From a virus (Duplodnaviria; Caudoviricetes), in the IMG/VR virus record IMGVR_UViG_3300009149_000039, positions 1 to 55,342 of that record: a DNA stretch of 55,342 nt, one strand, 5' to 3'. Both the position numbers and the translations under genes were made by a program. Below the pieces are notes generated by a model, which saw nothing but the letters and a program-made list of their open reading frames with translations, did not search any database and was not told where the DNA came from. Numbering within the stretch: the stretch's first letter is position 1; each line of letters begins with the position of its first letter. This document shows, piece after piece, positions 21,794-33,171 of the stretch.

Positions 21794-22072
21794 ATGGCAT
21801 TTGAAAAAATTAAATTTGGATGGAAAGATATTATTTATATAGTAACGATTGTTGCTGGAATTGCTCTTTGGTATATAGATAGAGAAATTACAAAGAATAA
21901 CCACGAAAACGAACTAAGAAATCTTATAACAAATACGAATAATTCGTTAAATAACATCAATGATGAATTAGGAGAACTTACAGAATTTCAAGATATTTCA
22001 ACTCAAATCCTTGATGAAGTGACATATCACATGAAAGATAAAAATATACATAGAAACATGGGACATGAATAA
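21794..22072 (+). CDS. Membrane-anchored small protein
   Basis: N-terminal TM helix IIYIVTIVAGIALWY. Confidence 0.6.
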   Translation: MAFEKIKFGWKDIIYIVTIVAGIALWYIDREITKNNHENELRNLITNTNNSLNNINDELGELTEFQDISTQILDEVTYHMKDKNIHRNMGHE

Positions 22073-22304
22073 AATAATTAGTAATTTAATAAAATGGATA
22101 GTATTCTTATGTATAATAATTGGGTTATATGTAATAAGTGGTAGTAGTGCACAACCAATAGATAAAAATATCAAAATTGTACAAAATGTTCAAGATACTA
22201 ATACTTTTAAAAAAGAAAGTCAAAGTAGACAATTAGAACAAAGAGCTAATAATGAAGAACTAAAAAAACAACTTAAATCTATTAAAAAAGACACCATTAA
22301 TTAA
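22065..22304 (+). CDS. Membrane-anchored small protein
   Basis: N-terminal TM helix WIVFLCIIIGLYVI. Confidence 0.6.
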   Translation: MNKIISNLIKWIVFLCIIIGLYVISGSSAQPIDKNIKIVQNVQDTNTFKKESQSRQLEQRANNEELKKQLKSIKKDTIN

Positions 22305-23068
22305 TAAAGAATTAAATCAACACCACATTCATCAAACAACATTTTAGTTCTTTTTGCGTGTTCATCCCACTTTTCTTTATTTTTTGTCATATCTTCGGAT
22401 TTACAATATACTCTTTTTATCCCTACATTCACAATTGCCCTTGCACAATCCATACACGGAGTACTGCAACTTAAATACATAGTCGAACCTTTTAATGGTA
22501 TACCATTCATCGCGGCTGAATAAATAGCGTTACGCTCAGCGTGCTCAAACCAAAAATATTTCTCAGGTCTTTCTTGTCGTTCATCTAAATCATCATTTAA
22601 CCCGCGAGGGAAAGAATTATAACCCGTAGATAACACTTGGTGGTCATCATTAACTATTATAGCACCTATTTGTGTAGATTTGTCCTTAGATTTTAACTTT
22701 ATCTGTTCGGTAAGATTTATAAAATAATTATCCCATTCCATGGGAATATCTTTTATATCTTTTACGAAATATTCATCAAAATAGTTATTACCAGTTCCAG
22801 GCGACCCGCTTGTTCCATGAATACCATGATTTTCACATTCATCATTAAATACCTCTTTAGTCTTAAAATGAATATCTTTTATTCGGTAATACACATTATA
22901 TAGTAATCCCGTTTCGTGTGATGAAGTGGTTAAAACAACATTATCTATTTCGTATTTTTTCCCCTTTTCTAATATTAAATAATACGCATCATCGGTTTCA
23001 TTGATAACATAATCTTTTTTACAAACTACCTTTTCACCTTTAGTATATTTTGTTTTATATCTTTTCAT
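22301..23068 (-). CDS. dCMP deaminase with N-terminal extra domain
   Basis: SKDKSTQIGA, TGYN, HAERNAI, PCMDC; probable start MKRYK at 23068. Confidence 0.9.
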   Translation of the reverse strand: MKRYKTKYTKGEKVVCKKDYVINETDDAYYLILEKGKKYEIDNVVLTTSSHETGLLYNVYYRIKDIHFKTKEVFNDECENHGIHGTSGSPGTGNNYFDEYFVKDIKDIPMEWDNYFINLTEQIKLKSKDKSTQIGAIIVNDDHQVLSTGYNSFPRGLNDDLDERQERPEKYFWFEHAERNAIYSAAMNGIPLKGSTMYLSCSTPCMDCARAIVNVGIKRVYCKSEDMTKNKEKWDEHAKRTKMLFDECGVDLILY

Positions 23069-23069
23069 A

Positions 23070-23357
23070 TTATCCTTCCTTAATTTTAGTTGTATTAAGA
23101 GCAAGATCAGAAAAAGCATCTAATGAACCAAATTCACTTTCCAAATGTTTAACTACAGCCTTCATTAATTCATAATCCTTAACTTCCATGTCATAATATT
23201 CGGTTGTTTTAATTAATAATGATACTGCTGATGTAAGTATATAGGTTTGTATAGTGATAGGGATAGGTTCTTGGTCTGTTGGGTGATATATTTCCACGTA
23301 TGTTCTACCACCTTTAAAAGTTGTTTTAATAAATGTATCTAATACTTTTTCTTCCAT
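23070..23357 (-). CDS. Hypothetical protein
   Basis: 95-aa ORF in tight operon. Confidence 0.6.
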   Translation of the reverse strand: MEEKVLDTFIKTTFKGGRTYVEIYHPTDQEPIPITIQTYILTSAVSLLIKTTEYYDMEVKDYELMKAVVKHLESEFGSLDAFSDLALNTTKIKEG

Positions 23358-23358
23358 T

Positions 23359-23574
23359 TTACTTTTTTAAATGTTCTAATTGTCCTGTCATTATTTTTTT
23401 TATATTATGAGGTATTGTTATGTCAATTTCACCATTATCCATTTCAATAAGATATGATGTAGAATTACCATTATTTAATTTGTCTAAAACTTTTCCCATA
23501 TGAAAATGTTCAATCCAAACACCTTCTTTCATTTCAGTATGTACATACTTAATTTTTTTTCCTATTAAACTCAT
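23359..23574 (-). CDS. Hypothetical protein
   Basis: ORF, probable start MSLIGKK. Confidence 0.55.
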   Translation of the reverse strand: MSLIGKKIKYVHTEMKEGVWIEHFHMGKVLDKLNNGNSTSYLIEMDNGEIDITIPHNIKKIMTGQLEHLKK

Positions 23575-23575
23575 G

Positions 23576-23833
23576 TTATTTTCTCCTTTCTGGTAACCCA
23601 AATGCTTCACCACAAGCAACACCTAAAGCAATTACTTTTCTGATATATTCGCGAGGATCCTGTAATTTATAATGAGCATATTTAGCCGCAGTTAATTGAT
23701 TATCCATATAAAGCAGGAAATCCGCTACTGTTTTTTCATCATCATTTTGAGTTTCACCTTCATTTTCTTTTCTAATGGTGTTCTGATATTCTCTTTCACC
23801 ATCAATAATTTCATAAATTTTTTTTCGTTCCAT
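23576..23833 (-). CDS. Hypothetical protein
   Basis: ORF, probable start MERKK; IRKVIALGVACGE helical motif. Confidence 0.6.
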   Translation of the reverse strand: MERKKIYEIIDGEREYQNTIRKENEGETQNDDEKTVADFLLYMDNQLTAAKYAHYKLQDPREYIRKVIALGVACGEAFGLPERRK

Positions 23834-24071
23834 AATATTATTATTTATGTGTGTCAATTATTTTATATACATTTATTAATGAATGAGCAAATGTTACCCC
23901 ACTTAGTACACGAATATAAACCATACCTATATCACAATATACATTAATAACATCATAATATACAATAGGGTCTGTTTGGTTAATTAATTGTACTGATACG
24001 CTTTTTTCTCCCATAATTTTTTATTTTAAAATGTTTATTATGTCTAATATACGAAAAAAAAATGAAAGCAC

Positions 24072-24100
24072 AAAAAAAAGGGGTGAAAATCACCCCTTTT
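24072..24100 (-). terminator. Intrinsic terminator after major capsid gene
   Basis: aaaaggggtga-aaa-tcacccctttt hairpin with U-tract on - strand. Confidence 0.85.
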
Positions 24101-24122
24101 ATATAATACAAGATAAACAATC

Positions 24123-25844
24123 TTATCTTAATGTATCAAGATTGAAGATTTGAATACCTCTAATTGTGATAATTCCGAAGTACCGGTTGTTCACCATCTT
24201 TTTCGCGTAACGCGTCATGATACCTTTAATCGGTGTCATGTTGAATGGGTTGTACATAGTTGGTGTTAATTGTAATGGTACGTATGGTGCGTAGATATAA
24301 CCAGCATCCAATAGTGATTTACCTTTATGTCCAACTAAAACTTTCGTTGGTGGGAAATAAGGGTCACGATATACCTGATAACGACCAGATAATGTTCCAA
24401 CTCTTTCAATACCCATATTGTACTGATCTTGCTCAGGTGCCGCGTTTGAAACGTGGAAATATTCCAAGTCATCGAATACAGCTGAAACCTCAGAAGAAAC
24501 TACAATCCAGTTAGCTCCACCTCTTAAAGTTGTTTTATGAATTTGAGCTGATAACTGGTTAATTTTTGTAACCAATGTTTGGTTCCAGTCTTTTTGTGTG
24601 TAACCAGCAAAAGCTGAACCATTGTTACCATATCTCCATTCGTTATAATCCCATTTTGCACTCCAAGCTGCATCTTTACGAAGGTCACGAAGAATTTCAC
24701 GGTCTACCTCAGCAGCAATTTGCTCAGATAATAACGCTGTTAATTCGGCCTCAGCATCGATGTTATGGAACGCACTAACGTCTTGTGCTAATTCAGGTGA
24801 CCAGCTAGCTCTTAATTTTCTTTCAGTTACAGAAACAGTAACGGATTGAAGGTCGAATGATACTTCACCCATGTGATCTTCAAATTCGATGTCTTTGTAA
24901 ATTCTGAAAGTTAATGTAAAGTCAGTTGCTGGTGTTGTTGAAAAAGTTGCGTTAGCAAAACCTGATGTTGGTGTGTAAGAAGTAACATCTACATTAATAT
25001 AGATAGTACCTTCCTCGTCACAAATGTCAGGATATTTTCCACCAGGATATGCGGTTGATGTTTTACCACCATATTCGATAATACCTTTACCGAATTTTTG
25101 TGTTACGATATTAAAGTTTCTTGAACTACCACCATAATAAATTTCGGCTGATGCTAAGAATTCTTCAGTATCCATTACTGAACCATTAGGTCCAATAAGT
25201 TTTCCTTGACCATCTTTAGTGAAACCACTAAATGCAATGATAATACTTGCAGCTTCGCCAGTAGCGGTAGATGCGTTTGTGATTGTACCACTACTAAAAG
25301 TAACGATACTGTGACCACTTAAAGTAACGCCAGTGTATGATCCTTTTGAATAATCAAAAAGTCCTGTATCTGGTGAGTTACCATCATTGTCAGTTCCCAT
25401 TTCATAGAAACGGTCATATAAGTTTAGGCCGTCATAACCAACTTCTGCTTCATCCGTATTACCCGGAGTTTTGTATGGTTGATAATGAGTGTTGTCGACT
25501 GGATTTCTATCCTGTATTTTAGGAATGAAATAGAATAATTTACCAATTGGTAAATTCATAGCTTGAACCGATACGATATCGTTAGCTAAAAGTTTTGAGA
25601 ATACCCTACGAATTATAGGGAAAACCACGGTTTCAAATGAACCTGACGAGTCAGATACAGATGCTTCATTAATTAAATAAGAAGCTTGGTTTTCATATAA
25701 TTGAGCGATATTATCTTTCATATGACCATCAAGACCTTCTAAAAAGCCTAGGTCATTCCATTTTTGGATGGTATCCTCTTTAATAACACGTAAGTGCTTT
25801 AAGCCAATGTTTCCAACCATCCCTGATTCTAATAATGCTCCCAT
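24123..25844 (-). CDS. gp23: Major capsid protein, T4 gp23-like
   Basis: LLANDIVSVQAM, RKLRASWSPELAQD, DAEAEL, GYIYAPYVPL, GIMTRYA. Confidence 0.97.
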   Translation of the reverse strand: MGALLESGMVGNIGLKHLRVIKEDTIQKWNDLGFLEGLDGHMKDNIAQLYENQASYLINEASVSDSSGSFETVVFPIIRRVFSKLLANDIVSVQAMNLPIGKLFYFIPKIQDRNPVDNTHYQPYKTPGNTDEAEVGYDGLNLYDRFYEMGTDNDGNSPDTGLFDYSKGSYTGVTLSGHSIVTFSSGTITNASTATGEAASIIIAFSGFTKDGQGKLIGPNGSVMDTEEFLASAEIYYGGSSRNFNIVTQKFGKGIIEYGGKTSTAYPGGKYPDICDEEGTIYINVDVTSYTPTSGFANATFSTTPATDFTLTFRIYKDIEFEDHMGEVSFDLQSVTVSVTERKLRASWSPELAQDVSAFHNIDAEAELTALLSEQIAAEVDREILRDLRKDAAWSAKWDYNEWRYGNNGSAFAGYTQKDWNQTLVTKINQLSAQIHKTTLRGGANWIVVSSEVSAVFDDLEYFHVSNAAPEQDQYNMGIERVGTLSGRYQVYRDPYFPPTKVLVGHKGKSLLDAGYIYAPYVPLQLTPTMYNPFNMTPIKGIMTRYAKKMVNNRYFGIITIRGIQIFNLDTLR

Positions 25845-25876
25845 TTTAAAATTTGTTTTGTTTTTAAGTTTTATTA

Positions 25877-27298
25877 TTATTTATTAAGTCCCATTAAAGT
25901 CTTCATTCTGCTGAATTGCTCATTCTCATAAACTTTAGATTCAGATAACATTTCTCCAGAAGAAGATGTTTTAGTAGGTGAAGCGATTTTATCAGCAACA
26001 GCTTCCGTAATCGGTTTTGTATTGCTTAATTCTTCTTTAATTTGTCCATAAAGACCTTTCGATTCTGTTATGGTAGAAATTGAGTCAAATCGTTTCAAAA
26101 TACTCATTTTCTCTTTTTTGGTTGTTGTATGTTCAGTAAACAATCTTGTAGCGTAAGCTAAGTTTGCGTTGAACACAGCAACCTCATTTAATTTGTCTTT
26201 GAATAGAACTAATGCTTTTCTATATTCGGCATTTTGCTTCTTCAATTTAGTGACCTCTTCATTCATAAACGAAGTTGAACCTGCTTTAAACTTTTTAGAA
26301 CCACTACTATGGTCATCTTTTGTTCCAAGTCCAGATCTTTTTTGTGCTTCGTTCTTATTACCTTGTCTAGTTGACTTATTCCTTGCGGCTTCCGTCTGTT
26401 CACCTTTTTTACCTGTTAAACCTTTATCTGTTCTGGTCATTTTTAAATTATCACCTTTATCAGTTTCAAAAGGTGTACTAGTTTTACCACCTTTTGGTTC
26501 ACTACTTTTACCCATTGGGTTACTTGTAGATAAACCTTTTTCTTTACGGTTTTTCTTTAAATTTTCACCTTCAGCATTTGTGAATGGATCATCTTCTGGT
26601 CCACCACCGCTTTGTTTGTTTTCCGGTTTTGTTAATGGTAATTTTGGGCTTTTAACAGCTTCACCTTCACCTTTTGTGAATGGATCATTCTTGTCTTCGT
26701 CTAATTCACCTTCGAATCCTTCATCGTCCTCATCTAATTCGATTTCGTAGATGTTTTCTTCAGAAATATCATCATCATCAAAATAATCTTCTTGTTCATT
26801 TAGTTTAATGATATATTCGCCTGGTTCTTCAACATTAAGTTCAATTTTGTCATCGTCTTTTTTAACAATAATACCATCTTCTGGACTCATTGCTTTAAAG
26901 ATTTTAGCGACTTCATCAGATGATGCACCTGTCATATCAAGTACTTCGTCATCGTCTTCAAGGTCATCACCAAGGTCATCACCATCTAAATCTGCTTCAT
27001 CACCAAGTTCATCGCCAAATTCACCATCTAATGATGGTTCTTCGTCTGAATCTTCTGTTGATGTTTCATCTTCATCTGGTAATTCGTCTGTTATCGAAGT
27101 TGTTTCGTCACCGTCTTCTGGTACACCATTTTCTTCTTCGTCAGGAATGAAGTCATCATCCTCTTGTTCTTTAAGCAAATCATTTAGCTCTTGTTTCATT
27201 GTGGAAGCAAGTATACCTTTTGCGTTTTGCTTTACTGCATCTTCAATATTTTCAATTTGAAGCAATGCTTGTTCTACTATTGATTTCTTTTGAGTCAT
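25877..27298 (-). CDS. Prohead core/scaffold protein
   Basis: Very acidic with C-terminal coiled coil; lies between protease and capsid genes. Confidence 0.75.
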   Translation of the reverse strand: MTQKKSIVEQALLQIENIEDAVKQNAKGILASTMKQELNDLLKEQEDDDFIPDEEENGVPEDGDETTSITDELPDEDETSTEDSDEEPSLDGEFGDELGDEADLDGDDLGDDLEDDDEVLDMTGASSDEVAKIFKAMSPEDGIIVKKDDDKIELNVEEPGEYIIKLNEQEDYFDDDDISEENIYEIELDEDDEGFEGELDEDKNDPFTKGEGEAVKSPKLPLTKPENKQSGGGPEDDPFTNAEGENLKKNRKEKGLSTSNPMGKSSEPKGGKTSTPFETDKGDNLKMTRTDKGLTGKKGEQTEAARNKSTRQGNKNEAQKRSGLGTKDDHSSGSKKFKAGSTSFMNEEVTKLKKQNAEYRKALVLFKDKLNEVAVFNANLAYATRLFTEHTTTKKEKMSILKRFDSISTITESKGLYGQIKEELSNTKPITEAVADKIASPTKTSSSGEMLSESKVYENEQFSRMKTLMGLNK

Positions 27299-27377
27299 AA
27301 GTGTTATTGTTTTAAGTATAAATATTATGTTTTTATAAAAAGTCTTATTATTAGTATAAATAGTCCAATAAAAATGG

Positions 27378-28070
27378 TTATTTACCTAAAAATCCATTTA
27401 AACTATTCATTAATGATTTCATTCTATCGTTTTCAATTGGTTCTTGTTTCATTTCTTCTTCCTGATATTGGTCCCTATCAGCTAAATCGGCAAAAATGTA
27501 TGCTCCGGGTGTTGATGGGGATGATACAAGGTCAAAACAAACAATTTCAAAGTCATCTTGTACAATATTCTGTCCACTTACATTCTTTAATGACCCAACA
27601 CCACGAGAAGATATTCCCAAAGATGCACCATTCATTAATAAATTTGCCGCTTGGTCACCTTTACAACTAATAATACCCATTTTCTTCCATCCCGGTGATG
27701 TGAATATTTTAATTTTAGCCATTAAGATGTTATTTTCCCACCAAGTTTCAAGAATAGAATGTGAAACTCTATCTAAATCAATAAGTGAAGATGATGGGTG
27801 ATTTAATTCACTTAAAGCCCCACCTTTTTTAATAATTTCTTGATATTTTTCGTTTTCACGATATAGAATATCTTTTGGATATATCCTACCATTTTTATTT
27901 GGTACTCCATATTTTTGTAGCACAGCAAAAAGAACAAGGTCTTCTTTGAAGTCCAAATTTGCCATTGCTTCGGAAATAATTTTCTTATTGTTAGCATCAT
28001 CAGGGGAAATAAACCCATCATGTTCAATGAGAATTCCCTTACCAACTTCATTTGGTCCTAATACCTTCAT
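27378..28070 (-). CDS. gp21: Prohead protease, T4 gp21-like
   Basis: NKNGRIYP, ELNHP, VSH, GISSRGVGS, FDLVSSPSTPGA. Confidence 0.95.
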   Translation of the reverse strand: MKVLGPNEVGKGILIEHDGFISPDDANNKKIISEAMANLDFKEDLVLFAVLQKYGVPNKNGRIYPKDILYRENEKYQEIIKKGGALSELNHPSSSLIDLDRVSHSILETWWENNILMAKIKIFTSPGWKKMGIISCKGDQAANLLMNGASLGISSRGVGSLKNVSGQNIVQDDFEIVCFDLVSSPSTPGAYIFADLADRDQYQEEEMKQEPIENDRMKSLMNSLNGFLGK

Positions 28071-28105
28071 TTATAGTTTAACTATAAATACATTGATATT
28101 AGTAA

Positions 28106-28528
28106 TTATTTTTTATTGCGATGAAAATTAAAAAGGTTTTTATTAATAAGGTTATTGTTAATAATGTTTTCACACAAGTCTTGGATATACGATTTCACAT
28201 CATTTGATTTTAAATCAAACTGTTCCTTAGCAAAGAGGGTGATTTCAAGATTCATAAAGGATTTTTTTTCTAATTTAACACCTTTTGTTCGTACATCTAA
28301 ATCTACTATACTTTCTTTTTTGAATTTATCAGCATTTAAGTTATAGATATAATTTCTTATTTCATTTCTTGTTTTTGATATAACGGAATCATAATTTTCA
28401 TCTGATTCTGGAATAATCCAAGAATTTAATGTAATATATATTGTTTTTAAATTTTTATGGTCTATTGTTCCATATCCTATCTTTACGTTTTGATGGTATC
28501 CCATCGGTATAAATTTTCCAGTTTTCAT
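28106..28528 (-). CDS. Hypothetical protein
   Basis: 140-aa ORF in head module. Confidence 0.7.
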   Translation of the reverse strand: MKTGKFIPMGYHQNVKIGYGTIDHKNLKTIYITLNSWIIPESDENYDSVISKTRNEIRNYIYNLNADKFKKESIVDLDVRTKGVKLEKKSFMNLEITLFAKEQFDLKSNDVKSYIQDLCENIINNNLINKNLFNFHRNKK

Positions 28529-28630
28529 TTAATTTACTCATATTTACAATCTTTTATTGGTTATATGTAAAATATAAGAAAAAAATTTGGAAATAACAAA
28601 AAAATTTTGTATGGGCAAAAAAAAATGGTC

Positions 28631-29371
28631 TTAAAGACCATTTTCTAATTGTTGTAGTTTATATAGGTTATATTTTGTTGGTTTCATCTTCTCCACCTCT
28701 TTTTTAGTTTCTTCTAACTTAGTAGACACATCACCAGTACTTTCAACTAATAAGTCTGAAATCTTGTCGATTACATTTTCTTTTAATTCTTCAATATTCG
28801 TTATTAAATCTTCATCTGATATTGAAATGAATTTTTTTAATTCAGTTTTTTGTTCTTCATTTAATTCATTATCATATAAGTTATTAAAGTTATTAGATAG
28901 AATAGAGTAGAATAAACCTTCATTTGACACTACTGGGATGTCTTTTAAGACTACTTCACCTTTTTTAGTGGTCAAGTGTTCAACTAGTGTATTTTTAGCG
29001 GATATCTTCCTATCAATATTACTAATCTTTTTCTTTTCTAATAGAACATCCAAGTCATCATATAAAGAATCACATTCAACATCAATACCTTCAACTAAAT
29101 TATTTAATTTTGTGAAAAAATCTTTTGATTTTAAAAGATTATTGTAGTTTTCTTGTAAAAATGGAATAACTGACTCAAGATATAATGTCGCACTTTCCTT
29201 ACTATCAAAATTTTTATTTTCGAATTCATCATAAAACAAATATAATTCACGAAAATCTTTATTTTCTTTTAATAGTGAAATCATTTGTTTAATTTCTTTT
29301 TTATTACCTCTTGAATAGGATTCAGTTAGTTTACTTAATACCTGATTTTTTAAATTACCTATTTTTTTCAT
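28631..29371 (-). CDS. Hypothetical head-module protein
   Basis: 246-aa helical ORF coupled to portal. Confidence 0.7.
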   Translation of the reverse strand: MKKIGNLKNQVLSKLTESYSRGNKKEIKQMISLLKENKDFRELYLFYDEFENKNFDSKESATLYLESVIPFLQENYNNLLKSKDFFTKLNNLVEGIDVECDSLYDDLDVLLEKKKISNIDRKISAKNTLVEHLTTKKGEVVLKDIPVVSNEGLFYSILSNNFNNLYDNELNEEQKTELKKFISISDEDLITNIEELKENVIDKISDLLVESTGDVSTKLEETKKEVEKMKPTKYNLYKLQQLENGL

Positions 29372-31251
29372 AATTCATCTTCTTTTGTTAAATCGTTTAG
29401 TTTAGTTTCTATTTCATAAATATTTTGTTTTGCTTTATCGAAATCAAATAATTCATTAAAATTAGTAGTTTCTTCACCTAGCATCGACAAAATTTTATTC
29501 TTTTTTGTTTCTGTCTTGTATTCCTCACTTAAAGGTGCTTCACCACCAACAGGGGCTTCAGGTATTTCACCACCCATATCACCTCCAAAGTCACCACCCA
29601 CATCACCTCCAAAACCTCCGCCGCCACCAAAGTCAGCACCTAAGCCACCTTCAGTTCCTGGAGGAGCATTTTCAACCTTTTCTCGTTCATCTTCAGGAAT
29701 ACCATATTTTTTATCTACTTCATCAAATATACCTGTTCGTTTAATAATCATTGGTGATTGCATTAATTCCGCTCCAATTGCTCTTTCAAGTCTTTGTTGT
29801 TGTAGGTCAAGGATAACTTCATTATTACTCATACCAAGAATATTTTTCTTAGCGAATGTATGTGAAACAGGTAAGATATCAATTTGTGATTGGTCAGATG
29901 TAGCGTCTTTATATAATAATATCTTTTCTTTCCATTGTTCAATTTTTAATAAATCAGATTGAGCTGATGGATTTGTTAATGCTAATGAGAAATTATTTAA
30001 CTCATCTTCTAATCCTAATAAATAAAGGTGTATTAAAGCAATTTTATTTAACTCACGGATTAATGATTTTTGGATCCTGTTAATCGTTCTTGCAAAACGA
30101 ATGTCCATTAACGCTAAGTCTTTTCCATTACCAACAACTTCTTCAAATCCTAAAAATGCTTTAGGGATACGAAGTGCCGCCATAAGTTTCTTTTGGATAT
30201 ACTCAATATCTGCAATTTCACCTAAGTTTTGTGCTCCTGGCAATGTTTCAATAGGGCTTGATTGTGATGTATCACGTACAGGAATGAAATAATCTTGGTC
30301 AACCGCCATTTGATTATATCTCATATCAACATTACCGTTTCGTTGGTCAACTACTTGGTCACGTTTAAATTTATTAGCAACTCTTTGTACATAAGGTTCA
30401 ATATCCTTATCTTCCATATTACCAACAAATACTTTAAATACCCTTCTTTCAGGTGCTCTTGATATCCTATATATTAACATCGCATCTTCAGATAATAGAA
30501 GTTGTTTCCATATTCTTCTAATCTTATCTAACATTGATGTACCATAAGGTAATTTTCTATCATCACCTAAAAGTCTAAAGTGACCGATTTCCCATGATTG
30601 GAATTCCAAGTCTTTGTTTTTCCACGCGAATCTTAATTCCCTACTTGGTTTATCATCAGTATTAATAATATTTAAACTAATACTATTTGACGTAGCACCT
30701 TCAATTCTTTCTATTTCTATATTAGGTAATTGTTGACATCCAACAATACCTTTATCTGGATCAACTTTTAAATAAACAAAATCGTCACCATATTTACACA
30801 TTCCTCTACACCACATTTGTAAGTTAGTATCGATGTCTAAAACATTTTTAAATAAATCAACAAGAATTGCTTGGATTCTTTTAGATTCTGAATGTATTGT
30901 TAATATTTCACCCTTTTCTGACATTGTTGTTGATTCTTCAGAATAAATGTCTAATGCCGCGGATATTTCCGGGGTAAATTCCATACTCTCAAAATCATAG
31001 TATGCTGACAACCTATTTGGTTCATAATATACCGATTGGTTATATAATGATTGGTCAATTCTTTTCCACCTATCAGCAATGAATTGTGATTGCTGAGCTT
31101 TTAATAAAGCCTGTTCATATTCTTCTCTACTATCCGTTTTTAATAATTCATCTTTTGAAAAATTAAACGATGGTGGGTACTCCGCTGATTGCCCCATAAA
31201 ACCAAAGGTTCTGGTCAATCTTTGATATACTGTTAAGTTATTATCTGCCAT
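29368..31251 (-). CDS. gp20: Portal protein, T4 gp20-like
   Basis: EDAMLIYRISRAPERRVF, DYFIP, IETLPG, ALRIPK, RFARTINRIQ. Confidence 0.95.
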   Translation of the reverse strand: MADNNLTVYQRLTRTFGFMGQSAEYPPSFNFSKDELLKTDSREEYEQALLKAQQSQFIADRWKRIDQSLYNQSVYYEPNRLSAYYDFESMEFTPEISAALDIYSEESTTMSEKGEILTIHSESKRIQAILVDLFKNVLDIDTNLQMWCRGMCKYGDDFVYLKVDPDKGIVGCQQLPNIEIERIEGATSNSISLNIINTDDKPSRELRFAWKNKDLEFQSWEIGHFRLLGDDRKLPYGTSMLDKIRRIWKQLLLSEDAMLIYRISRAPERRVFKVFVGNMEDKDIEPYVQRVANKFKRDQVVDQRNGNVDMRYNQMAVDQDYFIPVRDTSQSSPIETLPGAQNLGEIADIEYIQKKLMAALRIPKAFLGFEEVVGNGKDLALMDIRFARTINRIQKSLIRELNKIALIHLYLLGLEDELNNFSLALTNPSAQSDLLKIEQWKEKILLYKDATSDQSQIDILPVSHTFAKKNILGMSNNEVILDLQQQRLERAIGAELMQSPMIIKRTGIFDEVDKKYGIPEDEREKVENAPPGTEGGLGADFGGGGGFGGDVGGDFGGDMGGEIPEAPVGGEAPLSEEYKTETKKNKILSMLGEETTNFNELFDFDKAKQNIYEIETKLNDLTKEDEL

Positions 31252-31306
31252 ATCTATAAATACAAGTTAATTAGTTAATACAATTTAAATATTTTTATCA
31301 TAAAAA

Positions 31307-33103
31307 TCAATGGTTAAGATTTAAATCTTTAGGTTTACCAAATAACCACGCATATTCCCTATACGATTCCCTACCAACATTCGATGGATTTTGTTCGTGA
31401 AATATTTGCTCGTGTGGTTGTGATGACATAGCTCCAATAGCATCAAGAGCAGCACCATAACTATAAAATGTTTTTTCCGTTTCGTATGACCTTTCCGTTA
31501 ATGCCCAAGAATCTAACATTGCTTTATTTTTAGCATCGTTCCTTTTCAATTGTGCAAAGGAAATTTCACCAGCATACATTGCCATCGCGATAGCCATAAT
31601 AGAATCATCATGTTTACCTTTCATATGGTCAGGTCTACCATTAATATAAACAAAAGTACCTAATTCGTTTATAAGACGAGATGAACGAATAATAAATCCA
31701 TGTCTTATTTGTTCTTCTAACGCGGCAACTATTTGTGTTCTTTTATTGTTAAAACTAACCCCAGGAATTTTATCATTTAGTTTTTTGTCATATTTCCATA
31801 TATCTTTTACATTGATACCATCAATAAATAAATCATTATAACCTAATTCCTGTAATTTTCTCGATGTTGCAACGCCCATTCCACCCGTAATATCAACAAT
31901 AATAAAGGCTTTATAGTATATTCCCCATTTATATGCGACCGCCGCCAAATCATCAGGAGGCATTTTTCCTACATATTCTAAAACCTGTTCTTGGGTATCA
32001 AAATCTATAATATTAATTGAAGAAAAGTCTTCACTATCCCCTCTACTCACATCAACCCCCATAATGTAACGATGACCCTCAACCGGTTCCACCCATTGCC
32101 ACATTAATCCGCTCATATACTTCTCAATTGGTGGTTTTACCGTGGTTTTAGATATTTTATCAAGTGTTTTACTTGGAATTACATTATCACCTGAACCAAG
32201 GAAGTCACATTCAAGTTCTTGAGCAATTTTACGCTTATCATACTTGAATTTTTTAGCCATTTTCTCAAACCAACTAGAAAATGGTTTATAACCATCTTCA
32301 ATCATTTTTGGATAATCTTCTTTCTTTACATCCTTTACTGTTATTTCTTCGTCCTTATAATCGCCCCTATTTAACATATAATGAACGACATCATCAACTT
32401 TAATCCACACTAAATCTTTTGTATATCTTGGGTCGTGATACCAATACAACTCAGTTATTTTAAAATCATTAAAACCATCAACAGCCTGACTATAAATTGC
32501 GTGATATATTGGGTCAAAACCATTTGGAGTGGAAATTAGAATAATTTTACCACCTGTTGATAATGAAGCCATACTTGCAGCCCAAAAATCTTCTCCCGCT
32601 TCAATATATGCGGCCTCATCAAATATAAGAATTGTTGGTGTATAACCACGAAGAGCATCTTTTGATGTTGCAACCGATTTTACCTCACTTCCATTGTTTA
32701 ATTTATATCTACTTTCAGAATTTTTATCTGGTGAGAACCCAACATTAAGCCAATCTGGCCATTGGGTAAGAAATCCCCTAATTTTATTTGCCATTTCAAT
32801 TGCGGTATCCCTTTTATTAGCACAAATCAATACTTTTTCTGGTTCACTTTCATCTGCTAATTGTAATTTTTTAGATATCCACCCTGCGGTAACCGTAGTA
32901 ACCCCTGCTTGTCGATATTTCTTAGTGATATTCTCATTATAATTTTCATAGTCCTCAATAAGTCTTACCTGATCTTCGAATAAATCAAATGGAACATATT
33001 TTTTTTGAGTATTATCATATGTTTGAAGATATGTACGTAACGCGTACGGTGTATCTTTCATAATTCGAGCAAGCTCGACTAACTGTTCAATTTTCTGACT
33101 CAT
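31307..33103 (-). CDS. gp17: Terminase large subunit, T4 gp17-like
   Basis: RQAGVTT Walker A variant, IFDEAA, ISTPNG, QELEC, GVDVSRG, HDD. Confidence 0.95.
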   Translation of the reverse strand: MSQKIEQLVELARIMKDTPYALRTYLQTYDNTQKKYVPFDLFEDQVRLIEDYENYNENITKKYRQAGVTTVTAGWISKKLQLADESEPEKVLICANKRDTAIEMANKIRGFLTQWPDWLNVGFSPDKNSESRYKLNNGSEVKSVATSKDALRGYTPTILIFDEAAYIEAGEDFWAASMASLSTGGKIILISTPNGFDPIYHAIYSQAVDGFNDFKITELYWYHDPRYTKDLVWIKVDDVVHYMLNRGDYKDEEITVKDVKKEDYPKMIEDGYKPFSSWFEKMAKKFKYDKRKIAQELECDFLGSGDNVIPSKTLDKISKTTVKPPIEKYMSGLMWQWVEPVEGHRYIMGVDVSRGDSEDFSSINIIDFDTQEQVLEYVGKMPPDDLAAVAYKWGIYYKAFIIVDITGGMGVATSRKLQELGYNDLFIDGINVKDIWKYDKKLNDKIPGVSFNNKRTQIVAALEEQIRHGFIIRSSRLINELGTFVYINGRPDHMKGKHDDSIMAIAMAMYAGEISFAQLKRNDAKNKAMLDSWALTERSYETEKTFYSYGAALDAIGAMSSQPHEQIFHEQNPSNVGRESYREYAWLFGKPKDLNLNH

Positions 33104-33171
33104 ACCTATAAATACAAAAAAAAGCGGTTATTTCTAACCACTTCCCTTATTATTGCTTATTATGGTTGTTT